Positions 1-9,076 are shown, numbered from the stretch's first letter. The stretch is DNA of 41,329 nt from Pseudomonadota bacterium (GCA_028067895.1 JAPTUI010000543.1:1-41329), one strand, 5' to 3'. Numbers and translations are program-made. Notes: generated by a model not told the origin, from the sequence alone.

Positions 1-440
1 CCGCGGTGTGTGACGAGTGCCAGCGGGCCGCGCTGCGCTTCGCCCAGACACTGGCGGGCCTGGCTCAGGACTCGGGCGCAGAAGTCGGCGTAGGGCTCGC
101 CTTGCGGCGGCGTGATATGAGGAAAGCCGCTGAGCCACCGGGGTGCATCGTCGGGGAAACGGCGCTCGATCTCGGGCCAGGTGAGCCCCTCCCAGGCCCC
201 GAAATGGATCTCGCGCCAGGCCGGATGCAGTGACACGGGGGCGCCGTGCTGCGCCGCGAGCGCCTGCGCGCAGCGGCTCGCCCGGCGCAGGTCGCTGCTG
301 AGGATCCGCTCGATCGGTGCAGACGCCAGATGCGCTTGCAGGGCGCACAGCTGCGCCGCCCCCACCGCATCGAGGTCTGGATCACTCTGGCCGCAGAACG
401 TCCCGGCCATTGCGGTCGCGGGGTGGCGGATGAGGATCAC
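1..440 (-). CDS. cobC: alpha-ribazole phosphatase (histidine phosphatase family), partial; C-terminus lies outside the window
   Basis: Absent from the ORF track because it runs off the left edge. Hand translation of the minus strand from GTG at 440..438 gives VILIRHPATAMAGTFCGQSDPDLDAVGAAQL...SSDLRRA...EIHFGAWEGLTWPEIE...LALVTHR. This has an RH(G/P)-type histidine phosphatase N-terminus. It starts 5 nt after the cobS stop, which is the expected last step of the nucleotide-loop operon. Confidence 0.75.
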   Translation of the reverse strand, partial: MILIRHPATAMAGTFCGQSDPDLDAVGAAQLCALQAHLASAPIERILSSDLRRASRCAQALAAQHGAPVSLHPAWREIHFGAWEGLTWPEIERRFPDDAPRWLSGFPHITPPQGEPYADFCARVLSQARQCLGEAQRGPLALVTHR

Positions 441-445
441 CTGAT

Positions 446-1195
446 TCAGCGCCACAGGCTGCACGCGTAAAGGGCGACCGCGGTCACCTGGATGGTGGCG
501 CCGAAGCCGTCGCCGGTGATTCCGCCAAGGTGGCGTCGAAAATAGCTGATGCTGGCCACAGCGAGCGCGAGTGCAACGAGCACGTCGGCGGCGCAGTGCG
601 GGCCGAGCAGCCACCACGCGGGCAAGGCCGCGAACAGGGTGCCGAGCAGCAGGGCCGGCCCGGACAGCCGGCGGGCGAGCTTCGCGCCTTGACCCGATTC
701 CGGACCAGCTCGCCGGGCAGGATCCAATGCGCATGCGAGGGGCAGCGCGGTCCAGCGGCTGAGGGTCTCAGCGCTGACAATGGCCGCGAGTACCGCGTGA
801 GCCGGCAGCGCCGCGATCAGCGCCGTGCGCAGCAGTACCGAGAGGGTGATCGCAAGCGCGCCATAGCTGCCGATGCGGCTGTCGCGCATGATCTCGAGTC
901 TGCGCTCCGGAGTGCGTCCGCCGCATCCATCGGCGCTATCCGCCAGGCCGTCTTCGTGCAGCCCTCCGGTCAGCACGACCAGGCCCGAGACGGTGAGCGC
1001 GGCCGCCGCGAGAGCCCCGAGGTGCAGGCGCAGGAGGCGATCGGACGCTCCGGCGGCAAGTCCGAGCAGCGCGCCCACCAGCGGAAAGTACGGTGCGGCG
1101 TCGATCAGGTCAGATCCGCCCGTCAGTCCGCCGGGGACGGGAATGCGCGTGAGGAATTGCACGGCGGCGCCGAGGGCCGTCCACGGACGTGTCAT
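446..1195 (-). CDS. cobS: adenosylcobinamide-GDP ribazoletransferase (cobalamin synthase)
   Basis: ORF 446..1540 trimmed to the ATG at 1195 (MTRPWTALGAAVQFLTRIPVPG...GGLHEDGLADSADG...GGITGDGFGA). These are CobS hallmark motifs in a multi-TM protein. The start overlaps the cobT stop as ATGA (1192-1195). The 115 upstream codons of the ORF are an Arg-rich artefact overlapping cobT. Confidence 0.9.
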   Translation of the reverse strand: MTRPWTALGAAVQFLTRIPVPGGLTGGSDLIDAAPYFPLVGALLGLAAGASDRLLRLHLGALAAAALTVSGLVVLTGGLHEDGLADSADGCGGRTPERRLEIMRDSRIGSYGALAITLSVLLRTALIAALPAHAVLAAIVSAETLSRWTALPLACALDPARRAGPESGQGAKLARRLSGPALLLGTLFAALPAWWLLGPHCAADVLVALALAVASISYFRRHLGGITGDGFGATIQVTAVALYACSLWR

Positions 1196-2277
1196 GAGGC
1201 GGCCGTGCTGACACCCGCGGACTCGAACGTAGCCATCTGCGCGAGCAGGTGCACCGCAGCCTCGACCAGCGGCATGGCGGCCAGAGCCCCGGTGCCTTCG
1301 CCGAGGCGCATCTTGAGGTCGAGCAGCGGCGCCAACCCCAGATGGTTCAGCAAGTGGGTATGGCCGGGTTCCTCGGAGCGGTGCCCGGCAATCATGTATT
1401 CGCGCGCCGCCGGGGCGAGCGCGACGGCGAGTGCGGCCGCGGTGGTGGCGATGAATCCATCGACGACGATGATCCTGCGCCAGCGGGCGGCACCGAGGAA
1501 GAAGCCGCACATGGCGGCGATCTCGAGTCCGCCGAGACATCGGAGGATCTCGAGCGGTGCGTGCGGCTCGCCGTCGCCGTCCGGCAGGTGCCGCGCCAGG
1601 GCCTCCTCGATCACGCGCTGTTTGAGGCTGCGCGTGGCCGGCGCGATGCCCGTGCCGGTGCCGGTGACTGCAGCCGGTGGCATCCCGGTGAGCGCCGCAG
1701 TGATGGCGCTCGCTGCGGTGGTGTTGCCGATGCCCATCTCGCCGGCGGCGAGTACCGTGAGATTGCGGCGGGCCGCATCGTCCGCGGCATGAATCCCGAT
1801 GCGCAGTGCCTGCTCGAGTTCACTGGCGCAGAGCGCCGGCTCGCGGCGCAGGTTGCGACTCCCGCGGCGCACCTTCAGGCGCCACAACTGCGGATGGTCG
1901 GGGAATTCGGCGTCGACACCGACGTCGACGATTGTCAGCGTGACGTCGTGCAACCGGGCGAGGACGTTGACGGCCGCCCCGCCGGTGAGGAAGTTGTGCA
2001 CCATTTGCGCCGTCACGGTGCTCGGATAGGCGCTGACGCCCTCGACGCTGACGCCGTGGTCGGCGGCAAAGAGGTAAGCCCCCTTGCGCATCGGTACCGG
2101 CAATTTTCCCTCCATGATCGCGTAGCACTGGGCGCCGATCTGCTCGAGCCGTCCGAGGCTGCCCGGTGGCTTGGTGAGTTGATCCAGTCGACGCAGCCCC
2201 TCGGCGTGGCATTGCGGTGTGAGCGGTGTGATGCCTGCCAGGGTGTCCTGCAGCAACAGCGCAAGGGATGGACTCAT
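1192..2277 (-). CDS. cobT: nicotinate-nucleotide--dimethylbenzimidazole phosphoribosyltransferase
   Basis: 361 aa with LTKPPGSLGRLE, AADHGV, GEMGIGNTT and LGEGTGA motifs typical of CobT. It starts 3 nt after the cobU stop. Confidence 0.93.
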   Translation of the reverse strand: MSPSLALLLQDTLAGITPLTPQCHAEGLRRLDQLTKPPGSLGRLEQIGAQCYAIMEGKLPVPMRKGAYLFAADHGVSVEGVSAYPSTVTAQMVHNFLTGGAAVNVLARLHDVTLTIVDVGVDAEFPDHPQLWRLKVRRGSRNLRREPALCASELEQALRIGIHAADDAARRNLTVLAAGEMGIGNTTAASAITAALTGMPPAAVTGTGTGIAPATRSLKQRVIEEALARHLPDGDGEPHAPLEILRCLGGLEIAAMCGFFLGAARWRRIIVVDGFIATTAAALAVALAPAAREYMIAGHRSEEPGHTHLLNHLGLAPLLDLKMRLGEGTGALAAMPLVEAAVHLLAQMATFESAGVSTAAS

Positions 2278-2280
2278 GGC

Positions 2281-2802
2281 TCAGGGTTCTCCGTGTTTCA
2301 ACACCAGCGGCAGGCCGGCGACAGTGAGGGTGACGCGCTCGCACAAGGCGGCGAGGGTCTGATGCAACTCGCCGCTGGCATCGACGAAGCGCCGCGACAG
2401 AGCACCGATCGGGACCACGCCGAAGCCGGTCTCATTGCTGACCATTACGAGGTCGGCGGCGAGCGCAGCCACCGCCGTGCACAGGCTGCGCCGCTCACGT
2501 TCGAGGCGTTTCGGCGCCATGCACAGCAGATTGGTGAGCCAGAGCGTGAGGCACTCGACCACGATGATTCGATCCTCGGCGTCATGGGCTCGCAACGCTT
2601 CGCCGAGCGCGAGTGGTTCCTCCACGGTCAGCCACTCTGCCGGACGGCGCTCGCGGTGCTTGCGAATGCGCTGTGCGAGTTCTGCATCGCCGGCCGCGAG
2701 AGCGGTGGCGAGGTAGAGCACCGGCCGGCCACTGTCGCGCGCACGCTGTTCGGCCAGGCGGCTCTTGCCGGAGCGCACGCCGCCGAGAATCAGTTCCTTC
2801 AT
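2281..2802 (-). CDS. cobU: bifunctional adenosylcobinamide kinase / adenosylcobinamide-phosphate guanylyltransferase
   Basis: 173 aa. It has an N-terminal P-loop (LILGGVRSGKSRLAE), then the ...IRKHRERRP... and ...VSNETGFGVVP... motifs of CobU/CobP. ATGA overlap with the upstream gene (2799-2802). Confidence 0.92.
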   Translation of the reverse strand: MKELILGGVRSGKSRLAEQRARDSGRPVLYLATALAAGDAELAQRIRKHRERRPAEWLTVEEPLALGEALRAHDAEDRIIVVECLTLWLTNLLCMAPKRLERERRSLCTAVAALAADLVMVSNETGFGVVPIGALSRRFVDASGELHQTLAALCERVTLTVAGLPLVLKHGEP

Positions 2803-3797
2803 GCCCCGGCCTGCGTGCGCGCCACGGTGGCGAGTGCGTCTTCGAGGCGCAGCCAGTGCGCCTCAGGCCCCGGCAGTCCGAAGCGCAGACTGGGGGGCGC
2901 ATCGAACAGGCGGGTCAGAATCCCCTGGCGCGCGAGCGCATCGTGCAGCTGGGCGGCATTGGGGTGCCGGACCCATTGGAACAGACTGCAGCCGCCGGCA
3001 GGGGGGAGGTCGTGGCGGCGCAGGAGCCCGGCGAGGCGCGCGGACCGTTCCTGCAGTCTGGCGCGCATGGCGTCATGCCACGGGCGGTCGGCGAGGGCCC
3101 GGCGCGCCACGTCGCGCGCCGGACCCGTGACGGTCCAGGGTCCGAGCGGTTCGGCGAGGCGCTGCAAGAGCGCCTCGGAGCCGAGCACGAAGCCGACGCG
3201 CGCGCCGGCCAGACCAAAGAACTTGCCGAGGGAGCGCAGGACGATGAGACCTGCGCGGTTCGTGGCAGCGGCCAGACTGTCGCTCGGGTCGGCATCGGCA
3301 AAGGTCTCATCGAGGACCAGCCAGCCGCCGCGCGCGGCGAGTTCGGCGTGCCACGCCAGAAGTTCGGCGGCCGAGAAGCGCTCGCCGGTGGGGTTGTTCG
3401 GGTTGACGAGTACGAGGGTGTCGAGGGTATGTGCCGCCGCCGCGCAGTCTGAGCGGCGCAGCCGGATGACTTCGTGACCGGCCTCGCGCCAGCGCAGCGC
3501 ATGCTCCGCGTAGCTCGGATCCAGCACGCCCACGCGTCCGGGCGCGCGCAGCTTTGGCAGCAGCAGGATCGCCGCCTGCGAGCCGGCCGTCGGCAGGGCA
3601 TGGGGTGCGCCGTAGTATCGCTGCGCCGCCGCGGCGAGTCCGTCCTCGTCCTCCGGCAGTCGCGCCCACGCCGAGAGCGGCACCTCGGTGTGTGGCCAGG
3701 ATTCGGGGTTCAGGCCGGTCGAGAGATCCAGCCAGTCCGGCAGCGCGATGCCATAGCGCCGGGCGGCCTGCCGCAAACGTCCGCCATGTTCAAGCAT
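2799..3797 (-). CDS. cobD: threonine-phosphate decarboxylase (class I/II aminotransferase fold; Salmonella CobD, Pseudomonas CobC naming)
   Basis: 332 aa starting MLEHGGRLRQAARRYG...DLSTGLNP, with ...VNPNNPTG... and the PLP-lysine region RSLGKFFGLAGARVG. Its position between cbiB and cobU is conserved in B12 operons. Confidence 0.85.
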   Translation of the reverse strand: MLEHGGRLRQAARRYGIALPDWLDLSTGLNPESWPHTEVPLSAWARLPEDEDGLAAAAQRYYGAPHALPTAGSQAAILLLPKLRAPGRVGVLDPSYAEHALRWREAGHEVIRLRRSDCAAAAHTLDTLVLVNPNNPTGERFSAAELLAWHAELAARGGWLVLDETFADADPSDSLAAATNRAGLIVLRSLGKFFGLAGARVGFVLGSEALLQRLAEPLGPWTVTGPARDVARRALADRPWHDAMRARLQERSARLAGLLRRHDLPPAGGCSLFQWVRHPNAAQLHDALARQGILTRLFDAPPSLRFGLPGPEAHWLRLEDALATVARTQAGA

Positions 3798-4761
3798 GGA
3801 GCGTCTCCGCCATCAGGGCCAGCGCCGTGGCCACCGCGCTCCACAACAGCACGGAGCGCACCAGCAGACCGCGCGCCCGACGGATCGTGCCGACGTCCGC
3901 CGCCGCTCCGGCGCCGAGCGGCGGTCGCTCACGCCACTGGCCGTGATAGAACGCGCCACCGCCGAGGCGCACCTCGAGCGCGCCGGCGCCGGCGGCCATG
4001 ACGGGGCCGGCATTCGGACTGTCCCAGGTCGCCCCCTGGCGCCGCCAGCAGCGCAGCGCCGTGCGCGTCCGTCCGAGTGCCGCATAGCTCAGGGCGGTGA
4101 GTCGGGCCGGCAGGAAGTTTGCACAGTCATCGAGCCGGGCTGCTGCCCAGCCAAACTGCCGGAACCGTACGGTGCGATAGCCCCACATGGCATCGAGCGT
4201 GTTGAGGAGTCGGAAGGCGAGCGCGCCGGGTGCCCCGGCGACGGCGAACCAGAACAGAGCGCCGAATACCGCGTCGTTGCCGTTTTCCAGCAGCGATTCG
4301 ACCGTGGCGGCGGCGACTCGCGCGCTATCCATGTCGTAGGTGTCGCGACTGACCATGCGGGCGACGGCGAGGCGGCCGGCGTCCAAATCGCCGCGACGCA
4401 GGGCGTTTTCCACGGCGAGCGCATGCTCGTGCAGACTGCGGTGTCCGATGACCAGATAGAGCGTCGCCACGGCGAGCAGTGGGGCTGCCGCCGTCGACCG
4501 ATCGAGCCACACGAGGATGAGCACCGGCGGGAGGACTGCGAGCGTCACCGCGCAAGCCCCGAGCGCGCGAGTTCGAAGACCTTTGCCGTCTGGGTCCACG
4601 GCGCCGCACGCCGCCGGGTTGAGGCGTCGCTCGATCCCATTGGCCAGTCGGCCGAAGGCAACCAGCGGATGTCCGCGCGAAGGCTCACCGAGACACGCAT
4701 CGAGCAGCACGGCCGCACCGATCTCCGCCGCGCTCAGCAGTCCGGACGCCGCTGCGCTCAT
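3790..4761 (-). CDS. cbiB: adenosylcobinamide-phosphate synthase
   Basis: ORF 3790..4878 trimmed to the ATG at 4761 (MSAAASGLLSAAEIGAAVLLDACLGEPSRGHPLVAFGR...). It is a multi-TM CbiB/CobD-type protein (HPVxxxG motif region). ATGA overlap with the bluB stop (4758-4761) and an 8-nt overlap with the downstream gene. Confidence 0.88.
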   Translation of the reverse strand: MSAAASGLLSAAEIGAAVLLDACLGEPSRGHPLVAFGRLANGIERRLNPAACGAVDPDGKGLRTRALGACAVTLAVLPPVLILVWLDRSTAAAPLLAVATLYLVIGHRSLHEHALAVENALRRGDLDAGRLAVARMVSRDTYDMDSARVAAATVESLLENGNDAVFGALFWFAVAGAPGALAFRLLNTLDAMWGYRTVRFRQFGWAAARLDDCANFLPARLTALSYAALGRTRTALRCWRRQGATWDSPNAGPVMAAGAGALEVRLGGGAFYHGQWRERPPLGAGAAADVGTIRRARGLLVRSVLLWSAVATALALMAETLHA

Positions 4762-5417
4762 CGGGCGCCCTCGGGCCAGGTGTTCTCGTACACCATGTCG
4801 GTCAGGGGCTTCGGTTCGCGCCAGTGATCCAGTGCGAGTCGCGGCGCAGTATCGAAGTGGGTGACTGCACCGAGGCACAGCACGGCGATCGGCCGGGCAT
4901 CGTCCGGAAACGACAGTTCGCGGGCGAGAGCATCCGGATCAAACAATGACACCCAGCCGAGCCCGAGGCCTTCGGCCCGGGCTGCGAGCCAGAGGTTCTC
5001 AATCGCACAGGCCGTCGAGGCGAGGTCCATCTCCGGCAGCGTGCGGCGACCGAAGATCTCGCGGGTGCCGCCGCTGAGCAGTGCCACGACGATGAGTTCG
5101 CCGCACTCGAGAATCCCTTCCACCTTCAGGCGCAGGAACTCCTCGCGCCGCGGCCCGAGTGCCTCGGCGGTGCGCAGCCGCTCCTGCTGCACGAGCGAGT
5201 GGATGGTGCTGCGCAGCACAGGGCTCGTGATGCGCAGAAACCTCCACGGCTGCGACAGACCGACGCTCGGTGCGGCGTGCGCGGCCGCAAGGATGCGGGC
5301 CAGGGCTCGTGGATCAATCGGTTCGTTCACGAACGAGCGGACGTCGCGGCGCTCGCGGATGACCCGGTAGATGGCGGCGCGCTCAGCATCGCTGTAGCGG
5401 TGCTGGTCGGAACTCAC
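4758..5417 (-). CDS. bluB: 5,6-dimethylbenzimidazole synthase (nitroreductase fold)
   Basis: SDAERAAIYRVIRERRDVRSF...AAHAAPSVGLSQPWRF...LGLGWVSLF matches BluB. I chose the GTG at 5417 because GGGAGGA sits 6 nt upstream. The ORF-track ATG at 5486 adds 23 Ala/Ser/Arg-rich residues and has no Shine-Dalgarno. Confidence 0.85.
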   Translation of the reverse strand: MSSDQHRYSDAERAAIYRVIRERRDVRSFVNEPIDPRALARILAAAHAAPSVGLSQPWRFLRITSPVLRSTIHSLVQQERLRTAEALGPRREEFLRLKVEGILECGELIVVALLSGGTREIFGRRTLPEMDLASTACAIENLWLAARAEGLGLGWVSLFDPDALARELSFPDDARPIAVLCLGAVTHFDTAPRLALDHWREPKPLTDMVYENTWPEGAR

Positions 5418-5549
5418 AGCAGATCCTCCCGAGGACCGCGCGGCCGCACGCGATCGATCGCCCGCGCTTGCGGCACACGTATGCACCCTGGGCTCGTGGG
5501 GCTGTAGTTCGGGAACGGTGTCGTGAGGGTGGCGGGCACGGTTCGCTCC

Positions 5550-7391
5550 TCAGGTTCTATCGGCGGGGTCATAACGTAGCGTCAGGTAGGCGCTGCGCCC
5601 GGGCTGGTTGTAGTAGAGCGCCGTCTCGTAACGATGACCGAGCGCGTTTGCGAGCAGCACCTGTACCCTCCAGTGCGGGCGGAAATGCCAGGCCGCGCGC
5701 AGGTCGAGCGTCTCGTAGCCCCCGAGTCGCTCAGTGTTGGCCGGATCTTCGAACCGGGGTGCACTGGCGAAAATCGTCGCACCGAACCGCACGGCGCCGA
5801 ACATGCGGTCCACATCCAATCGCCCGCTGTAGCGTGCGATCCGCGGTAGGAGCTTGCCGTTATTGATGCCCGTGTCGCGCGGATCGAGCGCCGTCAGCGA
5901 AAGATGGTAGTGCCAGCCGAGCAGCGTGCCCGCGAAACGTCCCTCGAGGCCGCGGATGCGTGCGCGGTCGACGTTTGCGGCGGCGAAGGTTACCGGATCG
6001 TACTCGATGAGATTCGCGATGCGCGTCTGGTACGCATTCAGTGACCAGCGCAGCGAGTCCGTGCGGCCGTTGAGACTGATTTCGGCACTGCGCGAGGTTT
6101 CAGGCCGCAGCGTCGGGTCGCCGTAGAACGGGAAGTACAGGTCGTTGAAGGTCGGTGCCTTGAATGCCGTGCCGTAGGAGGCAGTGAGGCGAATCTGCGC
6201 AGGAAGGCGATAGGCCCATTGGGCCGACCAAGTGTCATGACCCCCGAACTGCTGGCTCTGATCGTGGCGGCCGGAGAGCTGCAGCTCCATGTGGCCCGCC
6301 GCGAGCTGATAGAGACCGAATTCCCCGACATCGCGGCGCGAGCTCACAGCATAGGCGGTGGTGCTCGCGACGGCATCGCGCTCGTAATCCACGCCGAGCA
6401 CGATGCGCTGACGGTGCTTCAGGGCGAGCCGATTGACCCACGAGCCGCTATCGCGTGTGGTGTCGAAGAATCCGTCAGGCGCCCCGTTGAAATATTCCCG
6501 GCTGAGATCCTTACTCTGTCCCACCGTGACTGATGTCGTGAGTATTCCGATCGGTACACTGGTGAGCGTTCCGCCGATCACCTGCTGGGCCACGCGCGAT
6601 TCGTCGCCGCTGTAGATGTTTCCGTCGTAGCGGGTGTCGCCGTCACTGCGCAGGAAATCCGCGCTCACCGTGCCCACCCGCCCGCGATAGCCGCCGCTCA
6701 ACGCGGCTGATCCGCTCCAGTAGCCCTGCTGCGGCGAATTCGTGTAGCAGTTCGCGCTTCGCGGCGCGGCTGCCGCGCAGATCGGGATGCCGTTGGTATA
6801 TAGGCCGCTGAGGCTGATGTCGTACCAACCTCTGCCGAGGCGCGCCGACTCCCCGAGTGCGAGCCGGTACGTACCGTGACTGCCGCCGCTCAGCATCAGG
6901 GATGGCGCCGGTGCAGCGCCTGATGTGCCGTGGCGGGTGAAGATTTCGATGACCCCGCCGATCGCACCTGAGCCGTACAGGCTCGAGTAGGGTCCGCGCA
7001 CGATGACGATGCGCGCGATTTGGGCGACCGGAATCTGCTCCCAAGCTGCCGCTCCGGTCGTTGCGGAGCCGACCTTGATGCCATCGATCAGCACCAGCAC
7101 CTGATTGGCACTCGTACCGCGCAGATAGACCGAGGTGCTGGTGCCGAGCCCGCCGTTGCGGGCGATCGAAATACCTGCCAGCCCTTCGAGCAGATCGCTC
7201 ACCGAGCGCGGCTGCAGCCGCTCGATCTGCGCCGCTGTGATGACCGTGACGGAGGCAATCGCCGCGCGTAGAGGCTCTGGGCTGCGCGCCGCCGTGATGA
7301 TGACCTGATTGAGACCGGAGGAAATGGGCTGCGCGAATGCACTCGGCACCGCGCACGCCAGCGGCAACGCCGCGGCAATTGTCAACTTCAC
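5550..7391 (-). CDS. btuB: TonB-dependent vitamin B12 / cobalamin outer-membrane receptor
   Basis: ORF 5550..7688 trimmed to the GTG at 7391 (VKLTIAAALPLACAVPSAFAQ signal peptide; SD CAGGAGC 5 nt upstream). It has a TonB-box/plug region (NQVIITAARSPEPL...SDLLEGLAGISIARNGG...VYLRGTSANQVLVLIDGIKV) and a C-terminal ...YLTLRY barrel end. The upstream part of the ORF is occupied by the riboswitch. Confidence 0.85.
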   Translation of the reverse strand: MKLTIAAALPLACAVPSAFAQPISSGLNQVIITAARSPEPLRAAIASVTVITAAQIERLQPRSVSDLLEGLAGISIARNGGLGTSTSVYLRGTSANQVLVLIDGIKVGSATTGAAAWEQIPVAQIARIVIVRGPYSSLYGSGAIGGVIEIFTRHGTSGAAPAPSLMLSGGSHGTYRLALGESARLGRGWYDISLSGLYTNGIPICAAAAPRSANCYTNSPQQGYWSGSAALSGGYRGRVGTVSADFLRSDGDTRYDGNIYSGDESRVAQQVIGGTLTSVPIGILTTSVTVGQSKDLSREYFNGAPDGFFDTTRDSGSWVNRLALKHRQRIVLGVDYERDAVASTTAYAVSSRRDVGEFGLYQLAAGHMELQLSGRHDQSQQFGGHDTWSAQWAYRLPAQIRLTASYGTAFKAPTFNDLYFPFYGDPTLRPETSRSAEISLNGRTDSLRWSLNAYQTRIANLIEYDPVTFAAANVDRARIRGLEGRFAGTLLGWHYHLSLTALDPRDTGINNGKLLPRIARYSGRLDVDRMFGAVRFGATIFASAPRFEDPANTERLGGYETLDLRAAWHFRPHWRVQVLLANALGHRYETALYYNQPGRSAYLTLRYDPADRT

Positions 7392-7499
7392 CTGCCGCTC
7401 CTGCTCGCACGCCACGTGCGATGAGGTGGAAATGCGGCGACAGGAGCAGGGTGGACAGAACGCTGCGACGCGTGTACGAGGCAGCCGGTCTGACGTCGC

Positions 7500-7715
7500 C
7501 CCACGCGAGTCACCGAGTATGCGCCGCAGGCCGGTCTCCGGGCTCGCGAGTGGAGGGTTTCTCCTTACGACCGCACCTTCCCGTGCTGAACGCACAGTGG
7601 TGTTCGCGGTCGACAGCTCGCTTACCGTTGCGTGGGCAGCGCCGGCATTGCATTCGCAAAGCGAATGCGCACCGGCTTCCCGTTTCACCCCAGGGAATCA
7701 GATTCCGAGGGACAC
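7500..7715 (-). promoter_or_regulatory. cobalamin (B12) riboswitch
   Basis: Read on the minus strand: ...GGGGTGAAACGGGAAGCCGGTGCG...GCCGGCGCTGCCCACGCAACGGTAAGCG...CACCACTG...GGGAAGG...GAGCCCGGAGACCGGCCTGCGG. The B12 box AGCCCGGAGACCGGCC is the reverse complement of 7529-7544. A downstream GCUCCUG (7447-7441) can pair with the btuB SD CAGGAGC (7403-7397), giving an SD-sequestering expression platform. Confidence 0.85.
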
Positions 7716-7729
7716 CTGTGACGCGGAAA

Positions 7730-7758
7730 AGTCTACGCGGAGGTTTCTGAGGGCGCAA
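7730..7758 (-). promoter_or_regulatory. putative sigma70-type promoter of the riboswitch/btuB operon
   Basis: Minus strand TTGCGC (7758-7753), 17-nt spacer, TAGACT (7735-7730), placed just upstream of the riboswitch 5' end. Pattern match only. Confidence 0.3.
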
Positions 7759-8048
7759 GCACGGGATGCAGGATTCGCCGTCGCCACCCGTCGGTCCTGC
7801 ATTGGCGCAGGGTACGTATGACGTCACGTGTGCGGTTTCGAACGCGACTTGCGCTGCGGAGCAATCGCTGAGCGATGGTGAATGCGCTGCTGGTGTTGCC
7901 GAGTGTGGGTCGCGGCACTACGATGGTTGGTGAGTGGTCTCGACGCACGACATCGAGTTTCCTCTCGAGCTTTCTCAGAAAATCAACGTCTTGTATCCAC
8001 TCGCTCCCGTGTCTGACGCGGTGTGGGATCGCTGCACCGGATTCGATA

Positions 8049-9018
8049 ATGACGCAGGATCACATGTTGAAAATCGCTCCGTTGATGATCTCGGCGTTTC
8101 TGGCGGTCTGTCCCGGTGTCGCATCGGCGCAGGGTGGTATTCGACACGCGGTCGATTCAGTGATTCGGCGGCTGATGCGCAGAGACGGCATCCCTGGTAT
8201 GGCCGTTGGCGTCCTCGCCCACGGTCATGCGAGGGTGTTCGATTACGGCGTGCTCTCGCTGCGAACGCGTGTTCCGGTCAGGACGGGCACGCTGTTCGAT
8301 ATCGGTTAGGCGAGCAAGTCGTTCACCGCAACTCTTGCCTCGTACGCCGTCGCTGCGCCGCGGACGCGAAATGCACCCGGGACTTATCGCGGGTATTCGA
8401 AGATTGGGATTGGCTTATTGGGTGTGGCGGCGGCGAGAAACTTGCTTCAGCGCTTCGCGACCGTGATGCAGAACGATCTGTTGCCGGCGCTCGGCCTCAA
8501 TCTTATGTTCGTGGCGGTGCCGGCCGCGTTGAAGGCGGTCTGTGCGCAGCGATTCACCGGGAACGACCGGCGCCGGTTCGACTGACGCCCCGGGAGCCTC
8601 TGGCACGAGGCCTATGGCATCAGAACGACTCGATCCCGTTGTGCGGAGCGCCGTGTTCGACACTCATACCGCGCATTTCACAGCAGGTGTGCTCAGGCAG
8701 GATATGCTCTGGGAGCAATATCGCTTTCCGGTTGGCCTGGCACGGCTGTCGGTGGGAAACGCACCGGCCATGCGAATCGATGTGGTGCGGGCCAGGACGC
8801 TCCATCCGCCGCTCGCGCCGGAGGCGAATGTGTGGTTCAACAACACCAGCTCGATCCGGGGATTCTCCGCCGACGCGGCGTTCAATCCGGTGCGAAAGTT
8901 CGCCGTTGTCCGGCTGTCGAATAAGCGCTACCCGATCTCTCACGGAGTCACGGTGCAATACCTGATCATGACCGCGCTGTGCCATTGCACCGAATCGAAT
9001 TCTGGAGACCGACGCTGA
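8049..9018 (+). pseudogene. class C beta-lactamase-like serine hydrolase, decayed
   Basis: Signal peptide MLKIAPLMISAFLAVCPGVASAQ, then ...GIPGMAVGV...PVRTGTLFDIG, then TAG (8307-8309), then ASKSFTATLASY. The stop therefore replaces the Ser of the SxxK motif. The same frame resumes (YSKIGIGLLGVAAAR...) and hits TGA at 8583-8585. PGSLWHEAYGIRT follows, then a frame shift near 8630 into the 8542..9018 frame (...MLWEQYRFPVG...NNTSSIRGFSADAAFNPVRKFAVVRLSNKRYP). The segment after SYAV looks deleted and the KTG motif is degenerate. Confidence 0.75.
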
Positions 9019-9076
9019 GACTGCGCCGTCGTCGTCCGATGGCGAGCGCGTGCGTGTCTTTGGGCTGGCGAGGGCG

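Noticed and set aside
1249-3477. Very long ORFs antisense to or overlapping recognised genes. These include 1249..3477(+), 22014..23426(-), 23788..25680(-), 25927..27423(-), 27664..28662(-), 28689..29858(-), 31740..32894(-), 36763..38403(-), 530..1792(+) and 20799..21671(-).
   Set aside because: Each is fully overlapped by a gene with clear family motifs on the other strand or frame. Their products are Arg/Ala/Pro/Gly-rich, low-complexity strings typical of stop-poor off-frames in high-GC DNA. None has a recognisable domain.
7392-7688. N-terminal extensions of ORF-track entries: btuB to 7688, cobS to 1540, cbiB to 4878, the DUF1499 gene to 10363, S10-B to 18768, murJ from 21999, arnD from 30520 and qor from 31590.
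   Set aside because: The extensions are Arg-rich and overlap upstream genes or the riboswitch. Internal starts give proper signal peptides or N-termini, SD sequences and ATGA-type coupling.
8307-8309. The TAG in the AmpC-like gene as programmed recoding or read-through.
   Set aside because: The gene carries additional independent lesions (a second stop at 8583, a frame shift near 8630, an internal deletion, loss of KTG). Simple decay is the parsimonious reading.
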